Assembly: GCA_964651655.1 (NCBI GenBank)
Contig: CAZYVS010000001.1
Location: forward strand, 77,173 to 141,172
From: an uncultured Candidatus Saccharibacteria bacterium
GTDB lineage: Bacteria; Patescibacteriota; Minisyncoccia; Phycocordibacterales; Zambryskibacteraceae
Direction of reading: 5' to 3'
Length of the DNA stretch: 64,000 nt
Both the position numbers and the translations under genes were made by a program. Below the pieces are notes generated by a model that was given only the letters and a program-made list of their open reading frames with translations, ran no database searches and was not told where the DNA came from. The number at the start of each line of letters is the position of its first letter. Position 1 is the stretch's first letter. Positions 38,198-47,291 of this stretch are shown here, one piece after another.

Positions 38198-40670
38198 CAA
38201 TAGCCTTAATATTTTCCTGCTCTTTGTCTTTGGGAATCAACTTGGGCAGGATTAAAACCGGTTCTGGTTCTTTAGGCTCTTTCTTTTCGCTATCTTCCTT
38301 GATATTGATATTCTTCAAAACAGATTTGGCCCGAGCGGTACCGACTAGATACCATGACTTAACAGAAGCTCTAATAGAATTATGTCTGAAGTAAGTGAAT
38401 GTCCAAATTAATGAAAGGATAAGAGTTAAAATTAACGGTAAGATAACGCACCACCATCCTATTATGTATGCCACCACGATAACAAGACCCGTGCCCACAT
38501 CAATAGTCAGCCATTTAGTAAAGAATCGTTTTCTAGCATTTTCAGAAACATTTTTATAAAGGACATCTTTAAGGACATTTCCTAGAATATACAGGATGAT
38601 TAGCACTAGCAGAAATTCATACGAACATTTCATTATGTCCAATAGATTATCCGGTAAGGCAAATATTGCGGCCGCTAGATTGCGAAGATTTTGTCCTTGA
38701 GAAGGCTCTGCTTCACCAACGATCGGTATGATTGGCGGAGTAGTAGTGGCAGTACCTGCCTCTCCTTCTCCACTACCCGACTCGGATGGTGGAAGTTCTA
38801 CATCAATCCCTTGTGCTCTTAAACTTTCAAGAAGTGCTCTGAAGGCAGCAATTTCGTTGAGTTGTGCCTGATTTAGAGGGAATATCCGTTGACAGTATAT
38901 CTCATTTATTTTCTTAAGAGTCAGAATATAAACATACCCAGTCGGACCGGTATGCCCCCACGGTTCAAGAATGTCGCTGAAGTACTTCATTTGAAATGCT
39001 GATACGGCATCAAAGGTCGCCTGATCAAAGACACCGGTAAGAGAAACCTCTTTATGTCCTTCAAAATTTATTAAAAAGCTTTGGAGTTTCAGAACCTCTA
39101 TCGGGTCATTGTCAAAATCTCTTCGCATGTAATCACGCAAGTAGAAACATACAGCTTCGGTCACTGTGCTAGACGTGGAGGGCCTGGAAGAACCACCGCT
39201 CGAAGATCCCGAGCTTGTCGAGGGGCCGCCACCTCCACTCCCTCCGCCACCGCCGCCATCACCGCCGCAATTTTCGGTGCAAACTTGAGCTCCATCATCA
39301 ACCGTGATATTTACACTGGAAGTGTTATCGTCCAGGTTTGAATCACTTTGAGTACTTGAGGCAACGGCGGTGTTGGTGATTGTTTTTCCTTCATTACCAA
39401 CTTTTACTGCGCTTACCAAAGTCAAAGTGGTAGAGGAGCTATTCCCCAGATCGCCAACTGTCCATATTCCTGTGGTTGTGGAATAACTACCGAGAGTGGA
39501 TGTCGCGGAAACAAAATCCAGTTCATTGGGTAAAACATCTGTTAAAGACACCCCCGTAGAATTATCGGGGCCGTTATTTATTATGGTGATTGTATAAGTA
39601 ACCGTATCGCCAACTTTAACCGTAGATTTGTCAACTATCTTTGTGGCAGTAAGATTGGCACTGGGAGATCCGCCGCCGACAGAATTCACGGTAAGAACAA
39701 AAGTTTTGGTATCAATCCCACAATCATTAGCCACAGATATAGTTATGTTAAAGTCCCCTGTCTCCGTCGGAATTCCGGAGATGATCCCCGTTGTGGTAGA
39801 GAAAGATAGTCCTTGAGGAAGACTGGATGTGGCCACGGAGAACGAGGTCGTAGTAGCAACCACACCCGTTGTAGTGGCAGTGATCGTGTATGAAAAAGAT
39901 TGACTAACGGTGGTCGTTGATAATAGTCCGCTGGTAATCGTCGGTAATGGACATACGGGCGGAGGCGGAGGGGGTGGTGGAGTTACCACTTCGTCAAACG
40001 CCACACAAAGGGGCGTTATACTGTTTGGATTGGTATCGCTAAAGGCTGCGTGAATAGCGGTTACTGAAACTGTGTTACTAGCCAATACCAAATTAGTTTC
40101 AACTTTTTCTTCCTTGTACTCCTCGTCACTTTCTAAATCGCTTATGGCACTAGTAGTGGCCATAGTCACACCAAGATTATCTTTCAATACTAAAAACCAG
40201 CTTTCATTCGGTTGAACTTGTGTTAGCTTAGCTAAGTGGTTGTCATAGGAAACCAGACTTATATCATAAGTACCGGCTAAAATAGATACTGAAATAGGAC
40301 CTTTGGTAGCGGCACTTAAAGTGCCACTAGATACGATAGAACCGCTACCGAGATTTACAATAGTTCTCCCATCTTTTGAAGTAAGTGGACAGGTTGGCGC
40401 ACTTGGAGGTGGAGGGGGTGGTGGGGGTGGGGGGCCGTCATCATCACAATCACAGCCATCGCCATCTCCACCATCTCCGCCCCCATCGCCGCCCCCATCG
40501 CCTCCATCCCCGCCACCGTCGCCGCCACCATCGCCGCCATCATCCGCATATACAACATGCGAAATATCAAGGGGCGAACCTATACTTATATGATAATACG
40601 AAGTAAAGCCGCGTACAGAAATAAGCAGAGCAAGACATGATATTAGTATGATTGTATAAATTTTTTGCAT
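38178..40670 (-). CDS. large secreted/membrane-anchored surface protein (PG-binding domain, DUF11 repeat, Ig-like domain, poly-Pro and (G/D)n linkers, C-terminal TM anchors)
   Basis: Signal peptide from MQKIYTIILISCLALL (the track ORF's extra 34 N-terminal aa translate a terminator hairpin). PPPPPPPPPP and DGGGDGGGDGG tracts, DUF11-like GDTVTYTITIINNGPDNSTGVSLTDVLP, PG_binding_1-like LQSFLINFEGHKEVSLTGVFDQATFDAVSAFQ. Confidence 0.7.
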   Translation of the reverse strand: MQKIYTIILISCLALLISVRGFTSYYHISIGSPLDISHVVYADDGGDGGGDGGGDGGDGGGDGGGDGGDGDGCDCDDDGPPPPPPPPPPSAPTCPLTSKDGRTIVNLGSGSIVSSGTLSAATKGPISVSILAGTYDISLVSYDNHLAKLTQVQPNESWFLVLKDNLGVTMATTSAISDLESDEEYKEEKVETNLVLASNTVSVTAIHAAFSDTNPNSITPLCVAFDEVVTPPPPPPPPVCPLPTITSGLLSTTTVSQSFSYTITATTTGVVATTTSFSVATSSLPQGLSFSTTTGIISGIPTETGDFNITISVANDCGIDTKTFVLTVNSVGGGSPSANLTATKIVDKSTVKVGDTVTYTITIINNGPDNSTGVSLTDVLPNELDFVSATSTLGSYSTTTGIWTVGDLGNSSSTTLTLVSAVKVGNEGKTITNTAVASSTQSDSNLDDNTSSVNITVDDGAQVCTENCGGDGGGGGGSGGGGPSTSSGSSSGGSSRPSTSSTVTEAVCFYLRDYMRRDFDNDPIEVLKLQSFLINFEGHKEVSLTGVFDQATFDAVSAFQMKYFSDILEPWGHTGPTGYVYILTLKKINEIYCQRIFPLNQAQLNEIAAFRALLESLRAQGIDVELPPSESGSGEGEAGTATTTPPIIPIVGEAEPSQGQNLRNLAAAIFALPDNLLDIMKCSYEFLLVLIILYILGNVLKDVLYKNVSENARKRFFTKWLTIDVGTGLVIVVAYIIGWWCVILPLILTLILSLIWTFTYFRHNSIRASVKSWYLVGTARAKSVLKNINIKEDSEKKEPKEPEPVLILPKLIPKDKEQENIKAIVTEPKK

Positions 40671-40727
40671 GAATTTGCAGTTCCTATTTCCGAAACACCT
40701 CTTGAAGAGACGTACCGGAAAAGAGAA

Positions 40728-40758
40728 CCATCGGGAGCGTGCAAAGCACGCTCCCGAT
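40728..40758 (-). terminator. intrinsic terminator hairpin (ATCGGGAGCGTGC-AAA-GCACGCTCCCGAT) downstream of the lipoprotein gene
   Basis: Perfect 13-bp stem, read directly. Confidence 0.55.
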
Positions 40759-40772
40759 GACCCAAAGAACAT

Positions 40773-41327
40773 TTACGGTACAAGACCATGCACGTTCATT
40801 GTGCAGTAGAACTTCCATTCGTCTCCGAATAACCAGAGACGAGGTTCACCGCCAGATTTAATCGGGGAGAAGACACTGTCTGGCCAAATCGTCTCTACGA
40901 TCCACTCGCGTGGATCGTCTGGCAACGGTATACTACCGACACCATCAGTGATACGCAGAAAGCCAAGGTGCCGCACAACATGGGTCGTTTCTGGGTCAAG
41001 GTAGTAAACCCGCAAAACCATATTCACACGGGCTCTGTCCTTGACATCATTCCGTAAAATAAACCCTAATGTGCGAGATACAGCATCTCCCTTATAGCCA
41101 GCGGGGTCAGTTCCGCTACGGGTATTACGTTCCTTAGCGATTTGCATTAATTCCAAGGCTTTTTCCTGTATAGCATAGGGAAGAAGATGATACGACCATG
41201 CATGCGCTACCAGTTTCCATTCAGAACATCGGGGGCCGAGAACCTTTTGTTGCAGTTGCAGTGGTGGCGTCACCGTACTACAACTACTTACAATAACCCC
41301 CACGAAAAGAGCTATGATTATCCTCAT
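40773..41327 (-). CDS. hypothetical lipoprotein
   Basis: MRIIIALFVGVIVSSC lipobox-like signal. GC-richer than its surroundings. Confidence 0.4.
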   Translation of the reverse strand: MRIIIALFVGVIVSSCSTVTPPLQLQQKVLGPRCSEWKLVAHAWSYHLLPYAIQEKALELMQIAKERNTRSGTDPAGYKGDAVSRTLGFILRNDVKDRARVNMVLRVYYLDPETTHVVRHLGFLRITDGVGSIPLPDDPREWIVETIWPDSVFSPIKSGGEPRLWLFGDEWKFYCTMNVHGLVP

Positions 41328-41645
41328 ATAGCACCTCTTTCTTTCGTTTAGCTTCAGAAACACAATCTGTGATACAGACTACGCATTTATGAAAAAAAAA
41401 TCAATAATTTAATGAAACATCATATTGTAGAAAAATGGCTTATTTACTATGTTTTATCACTATTTGTCTTTTATACTAAAAACGTCTTATATTAGGACAA
41501 ATTATTTTAAAATAAAACCAATACATAAGCGACATAATTAAAGTTATCAGTCACTATCTTAAATATTCAAATAGTTAATGTAAATTTTGTCCTTTTGATA
41601 CGCTAAATACCATATTCCCATAACATGTTATTATTAATAAAACAC

Positions 41646-43790
41646 ATGAACGAGAAATTTCTTCAGCCCTATAATCCACGAGCCACAGAAGATAAAATCT
41701 ATCAGCTTTGGGAAAAGAGCGGTTTTTTAAATCCGGATAATTTGCCCAAAAGACACCAGAAACCTTTTTCAATTGTCTTACCTCCGCCAAATGCCACTGG
41801 AATGCTGCATGTCGGCGGAGCTCTCATGGTAGTGATAGAAGATATTATTGTTCGCTATAAACGCATGAGAGGATTTAAAACTCTCTGGTTACCAGGCACC
41901 GATCACGCCGCCATAGCCACAAACACAAAAGTGGAGAAAATTCTTTTCAAAGAAGAGAAAAAAACCAGATATGATATCGGCAGAGAAGCTTTCATAACAA
42001 AGGCGGAGAAATTCGTGATTGAGAACAGGGGAACTCTGAAACATCAAATTAGCAAAATGGGAGCTTCTCTGGACTGGGACAGAGAAGCTTTTACTCTGGA
42101 TCAAAAAAGAAGTCTGGCTGTGAAAACCGCTTTCAAAATGATGTATGACGCCGATCTGATTTATCGCGATACACGGATAATTAATTGGGACCCAAAAGGA
42201 CAAACCACAATTTCAGACGATGAAATTGTTTACGAAGAAAGACCGGCAAAACTTTTCACTTTCAAATATTCAAAAGACTTTCCCATTGCTATTTCCACTA
42301 CTCGCCCCGAAACAAAACTGGGCGATACGGCCGTGGCCGTCCATCCGAACGATGAAAGATACGAAAAATACATCGGTCAGATACATAAAGTTGAATTCGC
42401 CGGAGCAAATCTCGAGATTAAAATAGTAGCCGATGAAATTGTTGATATGAAATTTGGCACCGGAGCATTGGGTGTCACTCCTGCTCATAGTCAAATGGAC
42501 GCGGAAATAGCCATACGTCATAACCTACCATCAGTTCAAGTTATAAATGAATACGCAAAAATAAAATTACCAATTCCCGGATTAGAGGGAGAAAAAACTA
42601 CCGCAGCACGGGAAAAAATAGTAAGATGGTTGAGAGAAAAAAACTTATTAATCAAAGAGGAAGAAATTATTCAAAATATTTCTACGGCAGAACGCACCGG
42701 TGGCATCATTGAACCGCTTCCCAAATTGCAATGGTTCATAAATGTAAACAAACCTATTAAAAATCGAGAGGGGAAATCGCTTAAACAATTGATGCATGAG
42801 GCCGTGGCAAACGGACACATCAAAATACTGCCGGAAAGGTTCAAGAAAGAATATTTTAATTGGATAAATAATCTTCATGACTGGAACATTTCGCGTCAGA
42901 TATGGTACGGTCATCGCATTCCGGTATGGTACAGGGATAACGAAATATATGTTGGTATCAATAAACCAAAGGACCCAAACTGGGAACAGGATCCCGACAC
43001 GCTGGATACATGGTTTTCGTCGGGTCTTTGGACATTTTCTGCATTGGGTTGGCCGGAGAAAACAAAAGATCTTGAGACTTATCACCCCATAGATATCCTT
43101 GAAACCGGCTATGACATCCTCTTTTTCTGGGTGGCGCGCATGATCTTGATGTCAGAATTTTTGCTCGGGGAAATTCCCTTCAAGACCGTATATCTGCATG
43201 GATTGGTAAGAAATGAAAAAGGAAAAAAACTAAGCAAATCATTGGGAGATAATATCGACCCTCTCTCCATTACTGACAAATATGGAACCGATGCGCTTAG
43301 AATGGCGCTCATAGCAGGTGTCGGCCCCGGCTCTGACAGCAGACTTTCGCATGATAAACTCAAGGCCTATAAAAACTTTGCCAATAAACTGTGGAATATC
43401 GCGCGTTTCATACTCTCTCAAGAAAATACATTGAGCGACAAAGACAAACTTGACGATGAATTGGTGAATGAATTTAACACGCTGGCAGCAGATATCACCA
43501 ATGATATGGAAAATTATCGATTCTATATTGCCGCTGAAAAAATCTACGCTTACGTTTGGCACCGTTTCGCCGATGAAATTATTGAGAAGAGTAAAAAATT
43601 TCCAGAATTCCACACAACTCTGTATTATATTTTAGAAAACTCACTCAAACTTCTCCACCCGTTTATGCCTTTCATCACCGAAGAAATTTGGTCCGAATTA
43701 AAAGCTAGCACCAAGCCCCTAGAACCTAGAAGCTTGTTAATGATAGAACCTTGGTTTACCCCGAGCAATGTCGAGGGACCATCTATATGA
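41646..43790 (+). CDS. valS: valyl-tRNA synthetase, short form lacking the C-terminal coiled-coil; HIGH motif reads HVGG
   Basis: PPPNATGMLHVGGAL, TLWLPGTDHAAIAT, DTWFSSGLWTFSALGWPE, TGYDILFFWVARMI, KLSKSLGDNIDP (KMSKS). The track start at 41625 adds 7 aa; the Met at 41646 is likelier. Confidence 0.85.
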   Translation: MNEKFLQPYNPRATEDKIYQLWEKSGFLNPDNLPKRHQKPFSIVLPPPNATGMLHVGGALMVVIEDIIVRYKRMRGFKTLWLPGTDHAAIATNTKVEKILFKEEKKTRYDIGREAFITKAEKFVIENRGTLKHQISKMGASLDWDREAFTLDQKRSLAVKTAFKMMYDADLIYRDTRIINWDPKGQTTISDDEIVYEERPAKLFTFKYSKDFPIAISTTRPETKLGDTAVAVHPNDERYEKYIGQIHKVEFAGANLEIKIVADEIVDMKFGTGALGVTPAHSQMDAEIAIRHNLPSVQVINEYAKIKLPIPGLEGEKTTAAREKIVRWLREKNLLIKEEEIIQNISTAERTGGIIEPLPKLQWFINVNKPIKNREGKSLKQLMHEAVANGHIKILPERFKKEYFNWINNLHDWNISRQIWYGHRIPVWYRDNEIYVGINKPKDPNWEQDPDTLDTWFSSGLWTFSALGWPEKTKDLETYHPIDILETGYDILFFWVARMILMSEFLLGEIPFKTVYLHGLVRNEKGKKLSKSLGDNIDPLSITDKYGTDALRMALIAGVGPGSDSRLSHDKLKAYKNFANKLWNIARFILSQENTLSDKDKLDDELVNEFNTLAADITNDMENYRFYIAAEKIYAYVWHRFADEIIEKSKKFPEFHTTLYYILENSLKLLHPFMPFITEEIWSELKASTKPLEPRSLLMIEPWFTPSNVEGPSI

Positions 43791-44473
43791 TAAATATTGA
43801 TACCATGCTTTATGCTTTATTGGGCGGTGTTTTACCCGCGCTGATCTGGCTTATCTTCTGGCTTCGCGAGGATTATAAGCATCCGGAACCCAAGAGACTT
43901 ATCTTGCGCACATTCCTTTTCGGCATGGGAGCGGTTCTGATCGTCCTCCTTTTTCAAAAATGGGTGGATATTTTATTGCCCGGCGCAACCTTGCTGACAA
44001 TTATTTTATGGGTCGTCTTGGAAGAAGTCTTTAAGTTTATGGCGGCGTTACTGGGCGGACTTAAGTCGGCGGAGGATAATGAACCGATAGATCCGATTAT
44101 CTATATGATTACGGCGGCTCTCGGCTTCGTGGCGCTGGAAAATACCCTCTTCATCGTAGGACCGCTCGTGGGGAAAGATATCGTGACAAGTATTATCACT
44201 GGCAATCTACGCTTTATCGGGGCCAGTCTCCTCCATGTAGTCTCATCAGGCATCATTGGAGTATCGCTCGCGCTGTCATTCCTTAAACCTAAAAGACAAC
44301 GAATTATTCTGGGGGGGTTGGCTTTAATATTGGCTATCGCCTTCCACAGCAGTTTTAATCTAGCCATTATTTATTGGGACAATTCCGGCGCTATGTTTGC
44401 TTTCGGACTAGTTTGGATTGGCGTTATCCTTTTGCTTCTGGCCTTCGAGAAGGCCAAGACTATTGCGCGGTAG
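43786..44473 (+). CDS. PrsW-family intramembrane protease
   Basis: Multi-TM protein with EEVFKF and …FVALENTLF motifs. ATGA overlap with the valS stop. Confidence 0.65.
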
Positions 44474-44493
44474 AAAGGATAGGATATAATTAA

Positions 44494-44967
44494 ATGATCA
44501 TGCAACATAAAAGATCTTTTTTTGAAAGACTGACGGGCGCAGTGCGACTTGATGAAGATTTGGAACATGTGGGAGAAACACCAGCTAACTCTAAGTTGCC
44601 GACGACAAGACCTAATATTTTTGAGGAAAGCGAGGAAGAGGCGCAACTGACAGTGGATGTCTATCAAACACCATCAGAAATCATCATCAAAGCCATGGTC
44701 GCCGGAGTCAAACCGGACGATCTGGATGTATCAATTACCAGAGATTCTGTTACTATCCGCGGCAAACGAAGCGAGGATAGAACTGTGTCAAGCGATGAAT
44801 ATTTCCACCGGGAACTATATTGGGGTTCATTTGTCCGTACCATCAATCTGCCGGAAGAGATTGAAGTGGATGGAGCGGAGGCGGTAGAGAAACACGGCAT
44901 GCTTGTCCTTCATTTGCCCAAACTTGATAAAAACCGCCAAGCCAAACTAAGAGTTAAGGGAAACTAA
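44494..44967 (+). CDS. Hsp20/alpha-crystallin small heat-shock protein
   Basis: Alpha-crystallin domain …VDVYQTPSEIIIKAMVAGVKPDDLDVSITRDSVTIRGKR…LVLHLPK. Confidence 0.85.
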   Translation: MIMQHKRSFFERLTGAVRLDEDLEHVGETPANSKLPTTRPNIFEESEEEAQLTVDVYQTPSEIIIKAMVAGVKPDDLDVSITRDSVTIRGKRSEDRTVSSDEYFHRELYWGSFVRTINLPEEIEVDGAEAVEKHGMLVLHLPKLDKNRQAKLRVKGN

Positions 44968-44969
44968 GA

Positions 44970-45041
44970 TGCCACCGGCGGGAATTGAACCTGCATCAAC
45001 GCCTTAGGACGGCGCCGTTCTATCCGTTGAACTACGGCGGC
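44970..45041 (-). tRNA. tRNA-Arg (anticodon CCT)
   Basis: Hand-fold: acceptor GCCGCCG/CGGTGGC (one G-U), D-arm GTTC/GAAC, anticodon loop GTCCTAA, T-loop TTCAATT. One A-C mismatch in the T-stem. Confidence 0.65.
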
Positions 45042-45096
45042 ATTAAAATCTGATTTGATTAAATCTATCATAAACATAGTCAGTTTAAAATAAGCT

Positions 45097-45139
45097 ATCA
45101 GACAAGGTTAGCCATCAGACAAGGTCGAACCTTGTCGGG
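45097..45139. repeat. REP family 2 copy (…ACAAGGTTAGCC-ATCAG-ACAAGGTCGAACCTTGTC) upstream of RAYT2
   Basis: Palindrome GACAAGGTCGAACCTTGTC, read directly. Two more copies lie in-frame inside RAYT2 (45313-45333, 45821-45841). Confidence 0.7.
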
Positions 45140-45158
45140 CATGGGTTATAATTAATAA

Positions 45159-45839
45159 ATGACCAGAAACGTAACATTTGCTCCAGGAGAGTTTTATCAT
45201 CTATATAATCGCGGTACTGAAAAAAGGAAAATTTTTCTTAATCGCCAGGACTATGAGAGATTCCTATCACTTCTCTACTTAGCCAACGGAATGGCGCGCG
45301 TAGATATTAAGCGACAAGGTTCGACCTTGTCGGAATTACTAACTCAAGATAGAGATGAGAAACTTGTAGATATTTGTGCTTATTGTCTCATGCCAAACCA
45401 TTTTCATCTGATTGTAAGGGAAACTAAAGATTATGGAATAAGTAAGTTTATGCAAAAACTTATTACTGGATACACAATGTACTTTAATAAAGCGCATGAG
45501 AGAAATGGTGCCCTTTTACAAGGAAAATTCAAATCTGAACATGCCAACAGTGATCGTTATCTAAATTATCTTATTGCCTATTTACATCTAAATCCTATAA
45601 AACTTTTCGATCCCACATGGAAAGAACATGGGATTAAAGATCAAGAAAGGGCAGAAAAATTCTTAGATGATTATGTGTACTCAAGTTTCTTAGATTATAG
45701 TGGTTACGATCGATTAGAAAAAAGTATTCTTTCTTTGGACGCCCTCCCTGCTTATACTTCAATCCCAAAAGACTTTCGATCGAGCATCACTGAATGGTTT
45801 GACGGACAAGGTTCGACCTTGTCGATGCAACAATCATAG
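45159..45839 (+). CDS. REP-associated tyrosine transposase (RAYT) / IS200-IS605 TnpA-like Y1 HUH transposase, second copy
   Basis: FYHLYNRG, LMPNHFHLIV, AYLHLNP. Two REP palindromes are embedded in-frame, encoding …KRQGSTLSELL… and the C-terminal …DGQGSTLSMQQS. Confidence 0.8.
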   Translation: MTRNVTFAPGEFYHLYNRGTEKRKIFLNRQDYERFLSLLYLANGMARVDIKRQGSTLSELLTQDRDEKLVDICAYCLMPNHFHLIVRETKDYGISKFMQKLITGYTMYFNKAHERNGALLQGKFKSEHANSDRYLNYLIAYLHLNPIKLFDPTWKEHGIKDQERAEKFLDDYVYSSFLDYSGYDRLEKSILSLDALPAYTSIPKDFRSSITEWFDGQGSTLSMQQS

Positions 45840-46164
45840 CTGTAACGAATAGGTAAAAAATTACCTTTTGAGCGGGAGCCAATCCATCAAGAAGGAGATT
45901 CATAAGAACTTACTATCTATTTTGACGCCAAATCAACCATGTTCCTCCAATATAAAGAACAGCAGTCAGAGCATCATACCATCGTGTATCAGGAGGGTCG
46001 CCAAAGGAAGTATAAGCGAGGGTTCCTATAACTAAGATGGCGCCCAAAATTGATTGCGTAATTTTATTCATGCTTCTATTCTATCACATTTTTTAATGTA
46101 TAGGAGTCGCACCTAGTCAACATAATCCTTGAAAAGGAAAGATACTGGGTTATAATGCTTACTC

Positions 46165-46398
46165 ATGAACCCCGAAGAAAAGGCGCTTTTGGAGCGCACC
46201 TTGAAACTCTCTGAAGAGAACAATCGGATTTTGCAAAAAATGCAAAGAACGGCCCGCTGGGCCGTTCTTTGGGGATTCATAAAAATCACGATTATAATTG
46301 TTCCATTAGTGGCCGGTTATTTTTATCTTCAGCCCTTTTTAGAACAAGCAATGGAAAATTATAATACTTTCAGAGACCTGCTCAACGTTACAAATTAA
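46165..46398 (+). CDS. hypothetical small membrane protein
   Basis: 77 aa with one TM segment. No homology signal. Confidence 0.3.
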   Translation: MNPEEKALLERTLKLSEENNRILQKMQRTARWAVLWGFIKITIIIVPLVAGYFYLQPFLEQAMENYNTFRDLLNVTN

Positions 46399-46405
46399 AA
46401 AATAG

Positions 46406-46480
46406 GCCGCGGTAGCTCAGTGGCAGAGCGCTACCCTGAAGAGGTAGGCGTCGGGTGTTCGATTCACCCCCGCGGCACCA
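46406..46480 (+). tRNA. tRNA-Phe (anticodon GAA), CCA encoded
   Basis: Hand-fold: acceptor GCCGCGG/CCGCGGC, D-arm GCTC/GAGC, anticodon loop CTGAAGA, T-arm GGGTG-TTCGATT-CACCC, then ACCA. Confidence 0.85.
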
Positions 46481-46484
46481 CTAC

Positions 46485-46739
46485 TTATTTAGAAACATCA
46501 AGCAAGCTTGAAAGTTTGCTTTTGTCAAAGCCGATAACGATATCTTTGTCATCAATCACGATTACCGGCACGCCCAGTTGTCCGCTCTTTTCAACCATTT
46601 CTGTCCTTTTGGCGGTATTGATGCCGACGTTGTAATCGGTAAAGGGAATATTGTTGTCAGTAAAAAATTTTTTAGCCATCTGACAGAAATGACAGCTTTC
46701 AGTTGAATAAATTTCAATTTTTTTCCCATTATTATTCAT
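46485..46739 (-). CDS. glutaredoxin/NrdH-like thioredoxin-fold protein
   Basis: IEIYSTESCHFCQMAKKFF (CxxC) and GVPVIVID. Confidence 0.7.
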   Translation of the reverse strand: MNNNGKKIEIYSTESCHFCQMAKKFFTDNNIPFTDYNVGINTAKRTEMVEKSGQLGVPVIVIDDKDIVIGFDKSKLSSLLDVSK

Positions 46740-47118
46740 AGAACGACATTATAGCATCCAAAAATTTTTTATACCACGGCAAATTTGAGCTATCGGTTGA
46801 AGTGGACGCTCTGCGATCATCAACAATAATCGCCACAAATTCGCCTTCTTGCGTCACGTTAAACTTTTTCCTAATTTCATCTTTGATGCCTTCTTCGGTC
46901 TCCAGACGACGAATATTTTCCCGAATTTCTGATTCTCGAATGACCATGGCTTTCGCTTTCCTCTCCAGGTTTTTTGAATCATTTCTGCTTTCTATTTCTT
47001 TACCCATTATCCCCAGAGTTCCTCTGACAAGTAAAATAGTGATAATCAACAAAACAATGAGTAAGGGGGTGGAGTAAAGAGCGCGTCTGATTCTTTGTTT
47101 TTTCTCAAATATTTTCAT
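46732..47118 (-). CDS. hypothetical bitopic membrane protein with coiled-coil (FtsB/DivIC-like architecture)
   Basis: N-terminal TM then a charged helical region. Architecture only. Confidence 0.35.
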   Translation of the reverse strand: MKIFEKKQRIRRALYSTPLLIVLLIITILLVRGTLGIMGKEIESRNDSKNLERKAKAMVIRESEIRENIRRLETEEGIKDEIRKKFNVTQEGEFVAIIVDDRRASTSTDSSNLPWYKKFLDAIMSFYE

Positions 47119-47291
47119 ACAACAGATGGAAAAGAGTTACTCCTATGGTAACATAATCAATATGTTGTTCGACAGAAGGCATAAAAAGAAAGTAAAAACG
47201 GCATGGATGATACTCTCTATTCTAATTATTTTAAGTATGATTTTGCTCTACGCGCCATTTTTCTAAGACTAATCCGGATTTTATCGGCTTC

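Noticed and set aside
40671-40772. N-terminal 34 codons of track ORF 38178-40772 (MFFGSSGACFARSRWFSF…)
   Set aside because: They translate the terminator hairpin of the upstream gene. The signal peptide starts at the Met at 40670.
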